Numbered from the stretch's first letter, positions 8,036 through 17,253 are shown. The stretch is 64,000 bases of DNA from Candidatus Zambryskiibacteriota bacterium (GCA_023267045.1 JAHFOB010000002.1:2032-66031), one strand, 5' to 3'. Program-made: numbers and translations. Notes: generated from the letters alone by a model not told the origin.

Positions 8036-8497
8036 ATGAAAAATAAAAAACTTTGGTTATTTGTTGCCTTCATTTTTGTCGTGGCTATTTGCCTAGTATT
8101 TGCCTATGGTAAAAAAGCCGAGGCCCCTTTGCAGGAAAAATCAGAAAGCAAAATCAACTACACCAACTCTTCAGCTGACCTCATAGTAGTTGACCTACCG
8201 TATCCAGACGCGGTAACGGGCAAAGATTTTTCTGTTATAGGGAAGGCTCGCGGAACTTGGTTTTTTGAAGCGTCATTTCCTATAAAAGTTTTAGATAAAG
8301 ATGGAAATACACTAGCTACTGCCATAGCTCAAGCGCAAAGCGATTGGATGACAGAAAATTTTGTTCCGTTCAAGGCTGATGTTAAAATTCCACAGAGCTA
8401 CATAGGAAAAGCAACTTTAATTTTGAAAAAAGATAACCCCTCTGGTCTACCAGAGCACGACGCTTCAATTTCTTTTCCAATAAATATTGAGTATTAA
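8036..8497 (+). CDS. Gmad2 immunoglobulin-like domain protein, secreted
   Basis: Signal/TM segment, then ...GKARGTWFFEASFPIKVLDKDGNTLA... typical of Gmad2 domains. Confidence 0.55.
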   Translation: MKNKKLWLFVAFIFVVAICLVFAYGKKAEAPLQEKSESKINYTNSSADLIVVDLPYPDAVTGKDFSVIGKARGTWFFEASFPIKVLDKDGNTLATAIAQAQSDWMTENFVPFKADVKIPQSYIGKATLILKKDNPSGLPEHDASISFPINIEY

Positions 8498-8640
8498 ACT
8501 CTCTCCAAATAAGCCCCAAGGTTAGCCATATTTTGGTTGTTGCTATAGGTAATCTACAGGGGCTATACTTTACAGCCCTAGAGGGTGTATACTGTAGGGG
8601 AATCACATATTATAAATAACGTATAGATAGAATAAAAAAT

Positions 8641-8895
8641 ATGGCAAAAGAAAATTCTGCGTTTATGAAGCCAATGACAATTAGTAGCGATTTGGCAAAG
8701 GTAGTTGGCAGTGGTCCAATGCCTCGATCTGAAGTTGTTAAGAAGATTTGGATATATATAAAGAAGAACAATCTTCAAGACGCAAAAAATAAACGAAACA
8801 TCAATGCTGATGAAAATTTGAAGAAAGTTTTCGGAGGCAAGTCTATGGTAAATATGTTTGAGATGACAAAGCTTGTTTCAAAGCACCTAAGCTAA
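8641..8895 (+). CDS. SWIB/MDM2 domain protein
   Basis: RSEVVKKIWIYIKKNNLQDAKNKRNINADENLKKVFGG...MFEMTKLVSKHL matches the SWIB domain. Confidence 0.85.
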   Translation: MAKENSAFMKPMTISSDLAKVVGSGPMPRSEVVKKIWIYIKKNNLQDAKNKRNINADENLKKVFGGKSMVNMFEMTKLVSKHLS

Positions 8896-8915
8896 GATTT
8901 GAATAAAAAAGAAAC

Positions 8916-8955
8916 GACCCCGAGAATCCGCAAGGACCTCGGGGTTGTTTTTTTG
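8916..8955 (+). terminator. Intrinsic terminator
   Basis: ACCCCGAG...CTCGGGGT followed by TGTTTTTTT. Confidence 0.6.
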
Positions 8956-8986
8956 TATAATCATTTTGTCGTGGTATAATAAAGTG

Positions 8987-9529
8987 ATGAAAAAGTCACT
9001 TATTTATTTTATTTTATTTTCAGGTGTATTTGTTACTCTAACTTTTTTGTCGTATCTTCTTGTTCAACAGGATTTGCGAATGTCGGCTAACGATCCACAA
9101 ATACAGCTAGCAGAGGATGATGCACGAGCTCTTTCTCTTGGCGCAGTGCCAGCTTCTGTAGTTAGTCGTGGTAAAAGTATTAATATTTCAGAAAGTTTAG
9201 CTCCTTTTGTTATTGTCTATGATAACAAAGGCCTAGCTCTTGAATCTGAAGCAAAACTTCACAACTCTATTCCCATACCACCAAAAGGTGTTTTTGACTA
9301 CACCAGAACAAACGGCGAAGACAGAATAACTTGGCAACCAGAAGACGGTGTGCGTATGGCAACTGTCATAACTAGATGGCAATCCGGAAACAGTTCAGGT
9401 TTTGTTCTTGCCGGCAGGTCAATTCGAGAAGTTGAAAATAGAGCTCAAAATCTACTGCGGATTACTCTTGTCGTTACTCTCTGGCTTGTTGGTTTAAGTT
9501 TGATTTTGGCTATAGTTTTGCCGAAATAA
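8987..9529 (+). CDS. membrane-anchored hypothetical protein
   Basis: ATG at 8987 lies after the terminator and the extended -10 TGGTATAAT (8972-8980). The track start 8945 sits inside the terminator. Has N- and C-terminal TM segments. Confidence 0.5.
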   Translation: MKKSLIYFILFSGVFVTLTFLSYLLVQQDLRMSANDPQIQLAEDDARALSLGAVPASVVSRGKSINISESLAPFVIVYDNKGLALESEAKLHNSIPIPPKGVFDYTRTNGEDRITWQPEDGVRMATVITRWQSGNSSGFVLAGRSIREVENRAQNLLRITLVVTLWLVGLSLILAIVLPK

Positions 9530-9533
9530 TCAA

Positions 9534-10559
9534 ATGAACTTTGCAAAAAGAGAATGGATAATCACAGGGTCAGTCGTTGCTGTCGTTGTTCTCGCCTTTG
9601 GCATATATTTTTTTATAACTGGTAGCAAAACCCATCAACTCGTGGCAAAAAAAGATGCTGTACAGAAAGATCTAGAAAGTGCTAAACAGGTTTTGACTGA
9701 TGAAACTGAAACTCTGAACAACATGGTTATCGGTTTACGAAACTCTTTTTCTTTCGCCATGTCTATTCAGGATCAAATAAAGATAACTAAAGGTTTGGTG
9801 GCACAGACAGACTTTCTCTTCACCGGCCCAAACGGTAACAACCCAAAGATGATTTTTAAAAATTCAGACAGTGATATTTTAATAAACGCCGAAAGAAGAG
9901 ACATAAATATTATTTTGGAAGAGTGGCAGAAAAAAATCAGTCTTTCCGCACTTAACGACCTAGATGAACAAGAAGCTCGTTTGATAGAGGAACAGACTAG
10001 AATAGTACAGAGATATATAGAAGATATTACAGAAATAGTTAATACTTCAACTCCAGAAAACTCTGGTTTGACTGTGGCAAAAATAGAAGACTATAAATCC
10101 AAACTTCCTGGAGCAGATTCTGTTACCGATGTTATAACTTCTATAGCTCAAGCGGTTGTTGATAACCAGAATAAAAACACACAGAACAATACTTCTCCAG
10201 TTGTTGCCTATGTTCAAACCATATATCCAGAAATGCAGGCTTCGACCACAGGAAGCTTTACTCCACAAACACCTTCCATTACTCCAGAGGACGTTATTGC
10301 CCAACAAGCTATAGTTGATGCTGCTCAAGCGCAAGTTGACGCTCTGCAAAAACAGCTTGAACAAATAAACCAGCAGATAGCCGATCAAAATAAAACAAAT
10401 ACAGCTACAACCACAGTAGTAAATCAAAATCAGGATGGGCAAACTACTAATTACAACTACTCGAACTATAGTGGTAGTTACATATATAGTCAGGGGGAAT
10501 CAGGTTTTCAGGATCTTATTGCAAAACCTGGTGTGCCACAACCTCTCCAAGGAAATTAA
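9534..10559 (+). CDS. membrane-anchored coiled-coil, Q/N/T-rich hypothetical protein
   Basis: N-terminal TM, long charged helical region, Q/T/N-rich tail. Confidence 0.5.
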   Translation: MNFAKREWIITGSVVAVVVLAFGIYFFITGSKTHQLVAKKDAVQKDLESAKQVLTDETETLNNMVIGLRNSFSFAMSIQDQIKITKGLVAQTDFLFTGPNGNNPKMIFKNSDSDILINAERRDINIILEEWQKKISLSALNDLDEQEARLIEEQTRIVQRYIEDITEIVNTSTPENSGLTVAKIEDYKSKLPGADSVTDVITSIAQAVVDNQNKNTQNNTSPVVAYVQTIYPEMQASTTGSFTPQTPSITPEDVIAQQAIVDAAQAQVDALQKQLEQINQQIADQNKTNTATTTVVNQNQDGQTTNYNYSNYSGSYIYSQGESGFQDLIAKPGVPQPLQGN

Positions 10560-10564
10560 TAAAA

Positions 10565-10586
10565 GCCCCGGTTTCGGGGCTTTTAT
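10565..10586. terminator. Bidirectional intrinsic terminator
   Basis: AAAAGCCCCGgtttCGGGGCTTTT. Confidence 0.6.
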
Positions 10587-11365
10587 TATTTGTGATTCTG
10601 ACAATAAACATACATCGCATCTCGCATAAAGACAGCTAGTCCTTTTGCATATTTTTCGAAATATGCAGTGAAGCGTGGGTCGTCGACATACATTTGGGCA
10701 AGTCCACGGTACATTTCTATGTTTGGTTCATAAAATGTTCGCAGGTTGTTGTAGTGTCTGTCTATCAACTTCTGAACGTCACGACTTTCAGGACCTTTGT
10801 TCATATTTGCCACGATCTCTTTCATAAGTTCATCACCATTTTTTTTCATAGTAAACATGTCTTCTTTGGACATTTTCTTTACCTTTTCCTGTGACTGTTT
10901 ATAAGCTTCGGTATTTCCCCATCTCTCTTTTGCTTCTTTTGCATATTTTTTATCATGCTCTTTAAATGACTGGTATAATTCTTCATCTTTCATAGTAGTT
11001 TCTTTTTTGGTCATACGGCCACTGCTCGCTTGCAGCGGTTGTATTCTTTTAATTGTTTTATCAATTGTCTGAACAAGTTTTTCTAGCCTAATTTTTTTGA
11101 TTTCAATAAGTTTTTTGTGATCTCTCAAAGCTGCAGTCGTATCAAACTTTGGATCATCCATTATCTTCTTTATTTCTACGATAGGGAAGTCAAGCTCTCG
11201 AAAAAACATTATTTGCTGTAGTTTCAAAAGCTCTTTTTCCTCATAGAACCTATATCCATTATTTTTTACTCGGCTAGGTTCAAGAAGCCCGACTTCGTCA
11301 TAGTAGTGAAGCGTACGGACTGTAACTCCTGAAATATTGGCTAGTTTTTGAACTGTGTAAGACAT
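10586..11365 (-). CDS. MerR family transcriptional regulator with a TipAS-like C-terminal domain
   Basis: MSYTVQKLANISGVTVRTLHYYDEVGLL (MerR HTH); C-terminal ...YNNLRTFYEPNIEMYRGLAQMYVDDPRFTAYFEKY is TipAS-like. Confidence 0.85.
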   Translation of the reverse strand: MSYTVQKLANISGVTVRTLHYYDEVGLLEPSRVKNNGYRFYEEKELLKLQQIMFFRELDFPIVEIKKIMDDPKFDTTAALRDHKKLIEIKKIRLEKLVQTIDKTIKRIQPLQASSGRMTKKETTMKDEELYQSFKEHDKKYAKEAKERWGNTEAYKQSQEKVKKMSKEDMFTMKKNGDELMKEIVANMNKGPESRDVQKLIDRHYNNLRTFYEPNIEMYRGLAQMYVDDPRFTAYFEKYAKGLAVFMRDAMYVYCQNHK

Positions 11366-11554
11366 TAATAAAATTTTTAATTTCCAATTTTTAATTTTTA
11401 AACTAAGACCTTCGACCTAGGCTATCACACTATAAACTATGACGCAACGTCAGAGTCAAGAGATTTTACATAGATGATTTATTACTGTAGTCTTTAAAAT
11501 GGAGTCAACGTTTTTAACGAGGATCAGATCAATGATGCTTACTTGGGAGGTAAA

Positions 11555-12304
11555 ATGAAGAACTTTGACTTACACGAGAGATTAGCAATTGCGTGTGACT
11601 TTGAATCATTGCCTGGAGAAAATGCAGCAGCGGCAAAAGTTCGCCTGTTTCAGTTTCTCGAAAAAATTAGAGATTTTCGAGGTCACATTAAAGTTGAGTC
11701 TCTCTTGCGGCAGTGTGGCTATCCGTTCATCCAGGAAATTCAGAAAGCAGGCTTTCTCGTTTTTGCTGATCTCAAGCTTTATGGAACAAACAAAACGTTA
11801 AAGCTGGATGGGCAGTTTCTCTCCCTGTATGAGCCAGATATGTTGTCTGTGGCATGCTCGGTTGGAGTAGAATCGTTGAGGCTCTTGAAAGGCTTGTTGC
11901 CTCATACTGAGGTTGTTGGAATTACTTTTCCAACCAATCTAGATGAACAAGATGCAAGAGCTTTCCACTTACGCTCGATTGCAGAAACAGTAGATTTTTT
12001 CACCAAACTAGCTGATTTTGCAGGAATTGACGGGATTGTTTGCGGAGGCAAGGAAATCCCCATTGTCCCTGTAAATCTACACACGCTTTCTGTGAACGTC
12101 GTAAATGTACGACCGGATTGGGCAAAGGTAAGAGGGGATGATCAAAATTCTCTTCGATCTGTCACACCACGAGAAGCAATTCTGGGGTTTGCAGATAGAG
12201 TAATTGTTGGTCGCCCAATCACAGACGCCAAAAATCCAATGGATGCAATCAAGCGTATTCTCGATGAGATCAACTTAGCGTATGCAGACAGTTATTTAGG
12301 CTAA
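11555..12304 (+). CDS. pyrF: orotidine 5'-phosphate decarboxylase
   Basis: LAIACDF...ADLKLYGTNKT...VIVGRPITDAKNP resembles PyrF motifs. ATG at 11555 is preceded by SD GGGAGG; the track start 11543 lies inside that SD. Confidence 0.65.
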   Translation: MKNFDLHERLAIACDFESLPGENAAAAKVRLFQFLEKIRDFRGHIKVESLLRQCGYPFIQEIQKAGFLVFADLKLYGTNKTLKLDGQFLSLYEPDMLSVACSVGVESLRLLKGLLPHTEVVGITFPTNLDEQDARAFHLRSIAETVDFFTKLADFAGIDGIVCGGKEIPIVPVNLHTLSVNVVNVRPDWAKVRGDDQNSLRSVTPREAILGFADRVIVGRPITDAKNPMDAIKRILDEINLAYADSYLG

Positions 12305-12321
12305 AACAAGTTCGAAAATAG

Positions 12322-12358
12322 CTCGCACACTTCGGTGTTCGGGCTATTGCTTTATGTA
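12322..12358 (+). terminator. Terminator hairpin after pyrF
   Basis: AATAGCTCG-cacacttcggtgtt-CGGGCTATT followed by GCTTTATG. Confidence 0.45.
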
Positions 12359-12388
12359 AGAAATATTTTTGATAGTACATTGTATTAG

Positions 12389-12973
12389 ATGTATAGTAAA
12401 CAAATGAATAGCCATACGGATATCTCTGATGAGGAGCTAGCTAGGCTTGTCCAAAATGGGGATAAGGAAAAGTTCGGTGTACTTATGGAGCGTTATAGTA
12501 CAAAGCTTTTTCGTTATGGTAGAAAATTTATTTCTGGTGATGACAATATAGAAGATGTTGTTCAAGACGTATTCATAAAAACATATAAAAATATAAAAAG
12601 TTTTGATACATCGCAAAAATTTTCACCGTGGATTTATCGAATCGCTCACAACACATATATAAATGCTATAAAAAAGAATTCTCTGAACCCGATGTATCTT
12701 TTTGACTTCGACACACTGATTTCACATACAGTTGTTGAGGATCCAATAGTTCGTGAACGTGAACAGAAAGAAATGAAAGAGATTGTGGACAAGGGACTCT
12801 CTCAAATCGAGCCGAAATATCGAGAAATTCTAGTACTCTACTATATCGAAGAGTTAAGTTACAAAGAAATATCCGATATTCTGCACATTCCGATAGGTAC
12901 AGTAGGGGTAAGAATCATGAGAGCCAAGGAAATACTGAAAGGAAAATACAAAGAGATGAAAATAGAAATATAA
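12389..12973 (+). CDS. RNA polymerase sigma factor, ECF (sigma-70 group 4) family
   Basis: Region 2 (DVVQDVFIKTYKNIKSFD...WIYRIAHNTYINAIKK) and region 4 HTH (ELSYKEISDILHIPIGTVGVRIMRAKEIL). Confidence 0.85.
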   Translation: MYSKQMNSHTDISDEELARLVQNGDKEKFGVLMERYSTKLFRYGRKFISGDDNIEDVVQDVFIKTYKNIKSFDTSQKFSPWIYRIAHNTYINAIKKNSLNPMYLFDFDTLISHTVVEDPIVREREQKEMKEIVDKGLSQIEPKYREILVLYYIEELSYKEISDILHIPIGTVGVRIMRAKEILKGKYKEMKIEI

Positions 12974-12976
12974 AAC

Positions 12977-13705
12977 ATGGAACAAGAAAATAACACACAA
13001 AATAATAGTTTCAAACAAAAAATTCTAGAAAAGATAGAAACAGGGGAAGTGAAAATGAGATCAAAAACCTTTTTCTTTCTCAGAGTCTCTTTTCTAGTAG
13101 TTCTTGCTGTCATGGTTTTTGTTTTGTCAGTTCTTCTAGTCAGCTATATTCTGTTTAGTCTGAAAGCTGCTGGGCATTTGTATTTACTTGGTTTTGGTTT
13201 TCGCGGTTTTTATGAATTTTTACTTGTTTTTCCTTGGTTTGTCTTGATCATAGATATTTTACTTCTTGTCTTTTTTGATTGGTTGGTTAAGCGATGGAAG
13301 TTGGGCTATCATAGCCCGATTATTTACTTGTTTTCTGGGTCAGTTGTGCTCATTGTCCTACTTGGTTCTATTGTCGACAGAACTTCGTTTCACCAAAGTA
13401 TGATGTATAGAGCAGAAAATCGTAATTTACCAATGATGAGTAGTTTTTACAACGGTTTACGTAAATCACATAGAGAATACGGCATTTTCCGTGGTTTTGT
13501 CACGGCGATAGACATGAATACTTTCACTATAAAACACAGTGACTATGACATAGACAGTGATGACGGGTTGAGCAGAGTAGTTATGCCAACAAATTTTGAT
13601 GTTAGGGCTATTTTGCAAGTTGGAGATCAAGTTTTTATTGCTGGTGATGTTGTAAACGGCGAGATAAGAGCATACGGTATAAGGAAATTGAATCCAGATG
13701 AATAG
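12977..13705 (+). CDS. putative anti-sigma factor / membrane protein co-transcribed with the ECF sigma
   Basis: Starts 4 nt after the sigma gene stop; N-terminal cytoplasmic segment, four TM helices, C-terminal extracytoplasmic domain. Confidence 0.45.
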   Translation: MEQENNTQNNSFKQKILEKIETGEVKMRSKTFFFLRVSFLVVLAVMVFVLSVLLVSYILFSLKAAGHLYLLGFGFRGFYEFLLVFPWFVLIIDILLLVFFDWLVKRWKLGYHSPIIYLFSGSVVLIVLLGSIVDRTSFHQSMMYRAENRNLPMMSSFYNGLRKSHREYGIFRGFVTAIDMNTFTIKHSDYDIDSDDGLSRVVMPTNFDVRAILQVGDQVFIAGDVVNGEIRAYGIRKLNPDE

Positions 13706-13767
13706 CCAAATTTCGGTGAAATAAATTCTTTTTCTTGTTGTATCTATAGGGGTAGAGCCATAATACA

Positions 13768-14157
13768 ATGAAAGAAAAAAGATATAAAAGAATGAGAAAA
13801 GCCATTATAGCTTCGGCTGGGACCAGTATTGTCACAGGAATGCTTTTTTTTGGGGCAGGAAACACGGCTTTGGCTGAGAGTTCAGATCTTTCTGTAGCAC
13901 CGTATAGTCAAAATACCACTGCAAAAGGTATGCACATGATGCATCGTTGGAATTCTGTCGGTAGAGCTGGTAGTTTAGCAGTACATTTAGGCCTCGATCC
14001 AGAAAAAGTTAAAACTGAGCTAAAAGATGGTAAGACTCTAAAGCAAATTTTACAAGAGAACGGCATAGTGCCAGGTCAACTACAAAAAGCTTTTGAAAGC
14101 AAGAAAAGCTACAACAAAAGAATGTGGAAAAAAATGAATGGAACTGGTACACTATAA
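13768..14157 (+). CDS. secreted hypothetical protein
   Basis: Basic N-terminus plus hydrophobic signal (ASAGTSIVTGMLFFGAGNTALA). Confidence 0.5.
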   Translation: MKEKRYKRMRKAIIASAGTSIVTGMLFFGAGNTALAESSDLSVAPYSQNTTAKGMHMMHRWNSVGRAGSLAVHLGLDPEKVKTELKDGKTLKQILQENGIVPGQLQKAFESKKSYNKRMWKKMNGTGTL

Positions 14158-14189
14158 AAATAAATTCTATTATTAATATTCAGTAATTC

Positions 14190-14684
14190 ATGGAAGGACA
14201 AAAGAAAAGTAGATCGGTAGTATGGGTAGTTATCGCGCTTGTCGTTGCTGTAGCGACATACGGAGCTTTTAAGTATGTAAAAAGAAATAATACTATTGTT
14301 GATAATACAATCAATTTGCCACAAGCAACACCTACACCTACTCCGACTCCTGTCCCAGCAACACCAGCCCCAAAACCAATTTCATCTACATATAAAAATG
14401 GCAACTATTCAGCCAGTGGGTTTTATAACTCACCAGGTGGCACAGAACAAATAAATGTTAGTGTCACTTTGAAAGATGGTGTTATCACAGATGCCACGGT
14501 CACATCTCTAGCTCGTAGATCAGAAGCAAGGTTTTATCAAGGGGAGTTTATTTCTGGATTTAGTTCGTATGTTGTTGGTAAAAGTATAGATAATGTTGTT
14601 TTGTCAAAAGTTTCTGGTTCGTCACTTACACCAAGGGGTTGGAATAATGCGATAGCACAGATAAAAGTTCAGGCAAAGGCATAA
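14190..14684 (+). CDS. FMN-binding domain (NqrC/RnfG-like) membrane-anchored protein
   Basis: TM anchor, Pro/Thr linker, then YKNGNYSASGFYNSPGG...VTLKDGVITDATV...VSGSSLTPRGWNNAI. Resembles the FMN_bind domain with an S/TGAT-type flavinylation site. Confidence 0.65.
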   Translation: MEGQKKSRSVVWVVIALVVAVATYGAFKYVKRNNTIVDNTINLPQATPTPTPTPVPATPAPKPISSTYKNGNYSASGFYNSPGGTEQINVSVTLKDGVITDATVTSLARRSEARFYQGEFISGFSSYVVGKSIDNVVLSKVSGSSLTPRGWNNAIAQIKVQAKA

Positions 14685-14728
14685 AGAATAAATCTCTTAC
14701 TCTCGACGAGATTTATTCTTCAAAAAAT

Positions 14729-15592
14729 ATGACAAAATTTGAATTTGAGGCTATTGGGACTTCGTGGGTAATAGATATAGACAAAGATCTCTCGGATAAA
14801 GAGAAGGAAAATCTTTTGCTAAAAATAAAAGATAGAATAGATATTTTTGATATCGCATATTCGCGGTTCCGCGAAGATTCGCTTGTAACAAAAATGTCAA
14901 AAGAAGCGGGGGAATTTACTTTGCCGGATGATGCGGACAAAATGATTTCGCTTTATAAAAAAATGTATGACGTAACAGGTGGTTTGGTTACGCCACTTAT
15001 TGGTGATGTTTTGTCTGATGCTGGTTATGACGCAGACTATTCTCTTCAGCCGAAATCATTAAAAAAACCAAAAAGTTGGGATGAAGTTATAAAATGGCAA
15101 AACCCAAAACTAAAATTAAATTATCCGACGATTTTGGATTTTGGTGCAGGTGGTAAGGGTTATTTGGTAGATATTGTCTCTGAAATATTGGAAGAAAATG
15201 GAATAGATTCGTATTGTGTGGATGCCAGTGGTGACATGAAACGTAGAGGTCAAGAGGGATTACGTGTTGGTTTAGAACATCCAGAAGAGACAAATAAAGT
15301 TATTGGGGTTGTTACAATTTCAAATCAAAGTTTGTGTGGTTCTGCAGGCAATCGTCGAAAATGGGCCGATTTTCATCACATTATAAATCCAAAAACTCTT
15401 TCTTCACCAAAAAATATTTTGGCAGTTTGGATAGTTGCTGAAAACACATTACTCGCTGATCTTTTAACCACAGGATTATTTTTTGTCGAGCCGGAAATTT
15501 TGAAAAAACATTTTAATTTTGAATACATTATTTTGAAAAATGATTATTCTATAGAGAAATCAGGTGGATTAGAAGTGGAATTATTTACGTAA
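14729..15592 (+). CDS. apbE: FAD:protein FMN transferase (ApbE family)
   Basis: TGGLVTPLIGD...ILDFGAGGKGYLVD...CGSAGNRRKW...HIINPKT are ApbE signature regions. Confidence 0.8.
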   Translation: MTKFEFEAIGTSWVIDIDKDLSDKEKENLLLKIKDRIDIFDIAYSRFREDSLVTKMSKEAGEFTLPDDADKMISLYKKMYDVTGGLVTPLIGDVLSDAGYDADYSLQPKSLKKPKSWDEVIKWQNPKLKLNYPTILDFGAGGKGYLVDIVSEILEENGIDSYCVDASGDMKRRGQEGLRVGLEHPEETNKVIGVVTISNQSLCGSAGNRRKWADFHHIINPKTLSSPKNILAVWIVAENTLLADLLTTGLFFVEPEILKKHFNFEYIILKNDYSIEKSGGLEVELFT

Positions 15593-15611
15593 GAAAGTGG
15601 TAATATATAGG

Positions 15612-15720
15612 ATGAATCCCGTTAGAAATATCGGAGATTCAGTGTTACCACGGTCAGGTTAACTTTAATCATTAACATAAGGAGTTATTATTAAATATAT
15701 GATCTCCTATTTCTAACGGG
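15612..15720 (+). repeat. L-element copy 1: ~107-nt terminal-inverted-repeat element abutting the start codon of 15721
   Basis: ATGA|ATCCCGTTAGAAATATCGGAGAT...ATCTCCTATTTCTAACGGG|ATGAAG; -10-like TAATATATAG immediately upstream. Confidence 0.85.
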
Positions 15721-17253
15721 ATGAAGTTCATAGATAATTTTCTAAACGGCATAACCATGTACAAATTGGTTTTGTACGGACTTTTGGTTTTGGCCGTGTT
15801 TTCTATAGCTCTAAGTTTTGCAGGAATTTTATCGTACAGTCCTCAAAGTTTGTCCAGTTCTTTTATTATTTTGTTAATAGTTTGTTACATAACAAACTAT
15901 CTTTTTTCCAAAGTATTTAGAGTTTCTGTAAATAGTGAATCATATTTCATAACCAGTCTGATATTGTTTTTGATATTGTTTCCTGTAGGTAGTTTATCTC
16001 AACTATGGGTTTCTATTATTGTTGCCACTATAGCAATGGCTTCAAAATATCTTTTGGCAATAAATCAAAAGCATATTTTCAATCCTACCGCTATCGCAAT
16101 TTTTATCATTGGTTTTTTCGGTTATGGTTCGGCCATCTGGTGGATTGGTAGTTCCTATATGATTGTGCCAGTTGTCATTCTCGGTTTTCTAGTTATACGC
16201 AAAGTTCGCCGTTTTGCTTTGTTTTCTTCTTTTCTTCTGGCGGGTGTTGCCAGTATTTCTGTCTTTAGTTTATATCACGGTTTCAACCTAGTTGAAGTTT
16301 TGAAACAAACTTTTCTTTCAGGGCCGATACTTTTCTTCGGCAGTATTATGTTGACAGAACCACTAACGACTCCGCCAAGTGTTGGTCTTCAGGTAGCGTA
16401 TGGCGTTTTAGTCGGAATATTTTTTGGTGCAGAGTTTCAATTTGGCCCATTATATTCTTCACCAGCTCTAGCACTACTTATCGGTAATTTGTTTTCATAT
16501 ATTGTTAGTCCAAGAGCTCATTTAACATTGACTCTGCTTCGCAAAAATAAACTATCCCATGACGTCTATGACTTTGAGTGGAAAATATCTGGTCATAAAA
16601 CAGACAGAAAAATTGGCTTTATGGCGGGTCAGTATATGGAATGGACATTAGCTCACAAACATCCAGATATAAGAGGCAATCGGCGATTTTTTACTCTAGC
16701 TTCCTCTCCGACAGAAGAAAACTTACATCTTGGTATAAAGTTCTACAAAGACTCTAGTAGCTTCAAAAAAGCTCTAAATTCCATGGCTTTGGGTAGTAAA
16801 ATCGTGGCATCGCAAATAGCTGGGTCATTTACACTACCAAAAGACTCAAGCAAGAAGATGGTTTTTATTGCTGGTGGTATAGGTATTACACCGTTCAGAA
16901 GTATTATCAAATATCTGCTCGATAAAAAAGAGGATAGGGAGGCTGTACTTTTCTTTTCAAACAAAACAACAGAAGATATAGTTTACAAAGATATTTTTGA
17001 CGAAGCAGAAAATAAACTTGGGATAAAAACTATTTATGTCATAAACGATATGCAAGGCGGTGTTGAAACTTCAAAAATAAAAGCTGGAATTGTTACAAAA
17101 GAAATGATCGTAGCTGAAGCAACGGATTATAAAGATAGAATTTTCTATATTTCTGGTTCGCACGCGATGGTTGAATCTTTCAAAAACGTTTTACACAAAA
17201 TGGGTGTAAAAAGATCCCAAATCAAAACCGATTTTTTTCCGGGCTTTATGTAG
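15721..17253 (+). CDS. membrane oxidoreductase: polytopic N-terminal domain fused to a ferredoxin-NADP-reductase-type FAD/NAD(P)-binding domain
   Basis: C-terminal RRFFTLASSP (RxYS-type FAD motif), GGIGITPF (NAD-binding) and YISGSHAMV. N-terminal ~280 aa has 8-9 TM helices, with HIFNPTAIA reminiscent of NqrB/RnfD. Confidence 0.6.
   Translation: MKFIDNFLNGITMYKLVLYGLLVLAVFSIALSFAGILSYSPQSLSSSFIILLIVCYITNYLFSKVFRVSVNSESYFITSLILFLILFPVGSLSQLWVSIIVATIAMASKYLLAINQKHIFNPTAIAIFIIGFFGYGSAIWWIGSSYMIVPVVILGFLVIRKVRRFALFSSFLLAGVASISVFSLYHGFNLVEVLKQTFLSGPILFFGSIMLTEPLTTPPSVGLQVAYGVLVGIFFGAEFQFGPLYSSPALALLIGNLFSYIVSPRAHLTLTLLRKNKLSHDVYDFEWKISGHKTDRKIGFMAGQYMEWTLAHKHPDIRGNRRFFTLASSPTEENLHLGIKFYKDSSSFKKALNSMALGSKIVASQIAGSFTLPKDSSKKMVFIAGGIGITPFRSIIKYLLDKKEDREAVLFFSNKTTEDIVYKDIFDEAENKLGIKTIYVINDMQGGVETSKIKAGIVTKEMIVAEATDYKDRIFYISGSHAMVESFKNVLHKMGVKRSQIKTDFFPGFM

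Noticed and set aside
8498-8640. Imperfect direct/inverted repeats GGGGCTATACTTTACAGCCC / GGGTGTATACTGTAGGGG between the Gmad2 and SWIB genes
   Set aside because: Too degenerate to call a repeat family; probably just a weak terminator hairpin.
15612-15720. L-element arms as a simple protein operator (palindromic DNA site)
   Set aside because: The two half-sites are ~65 bp apart with a variable core, and the 3' arm always ends exactly at the ATG. This fits an RNA hairpin / TIR-bounded insertion better than a dimeric repressor site.
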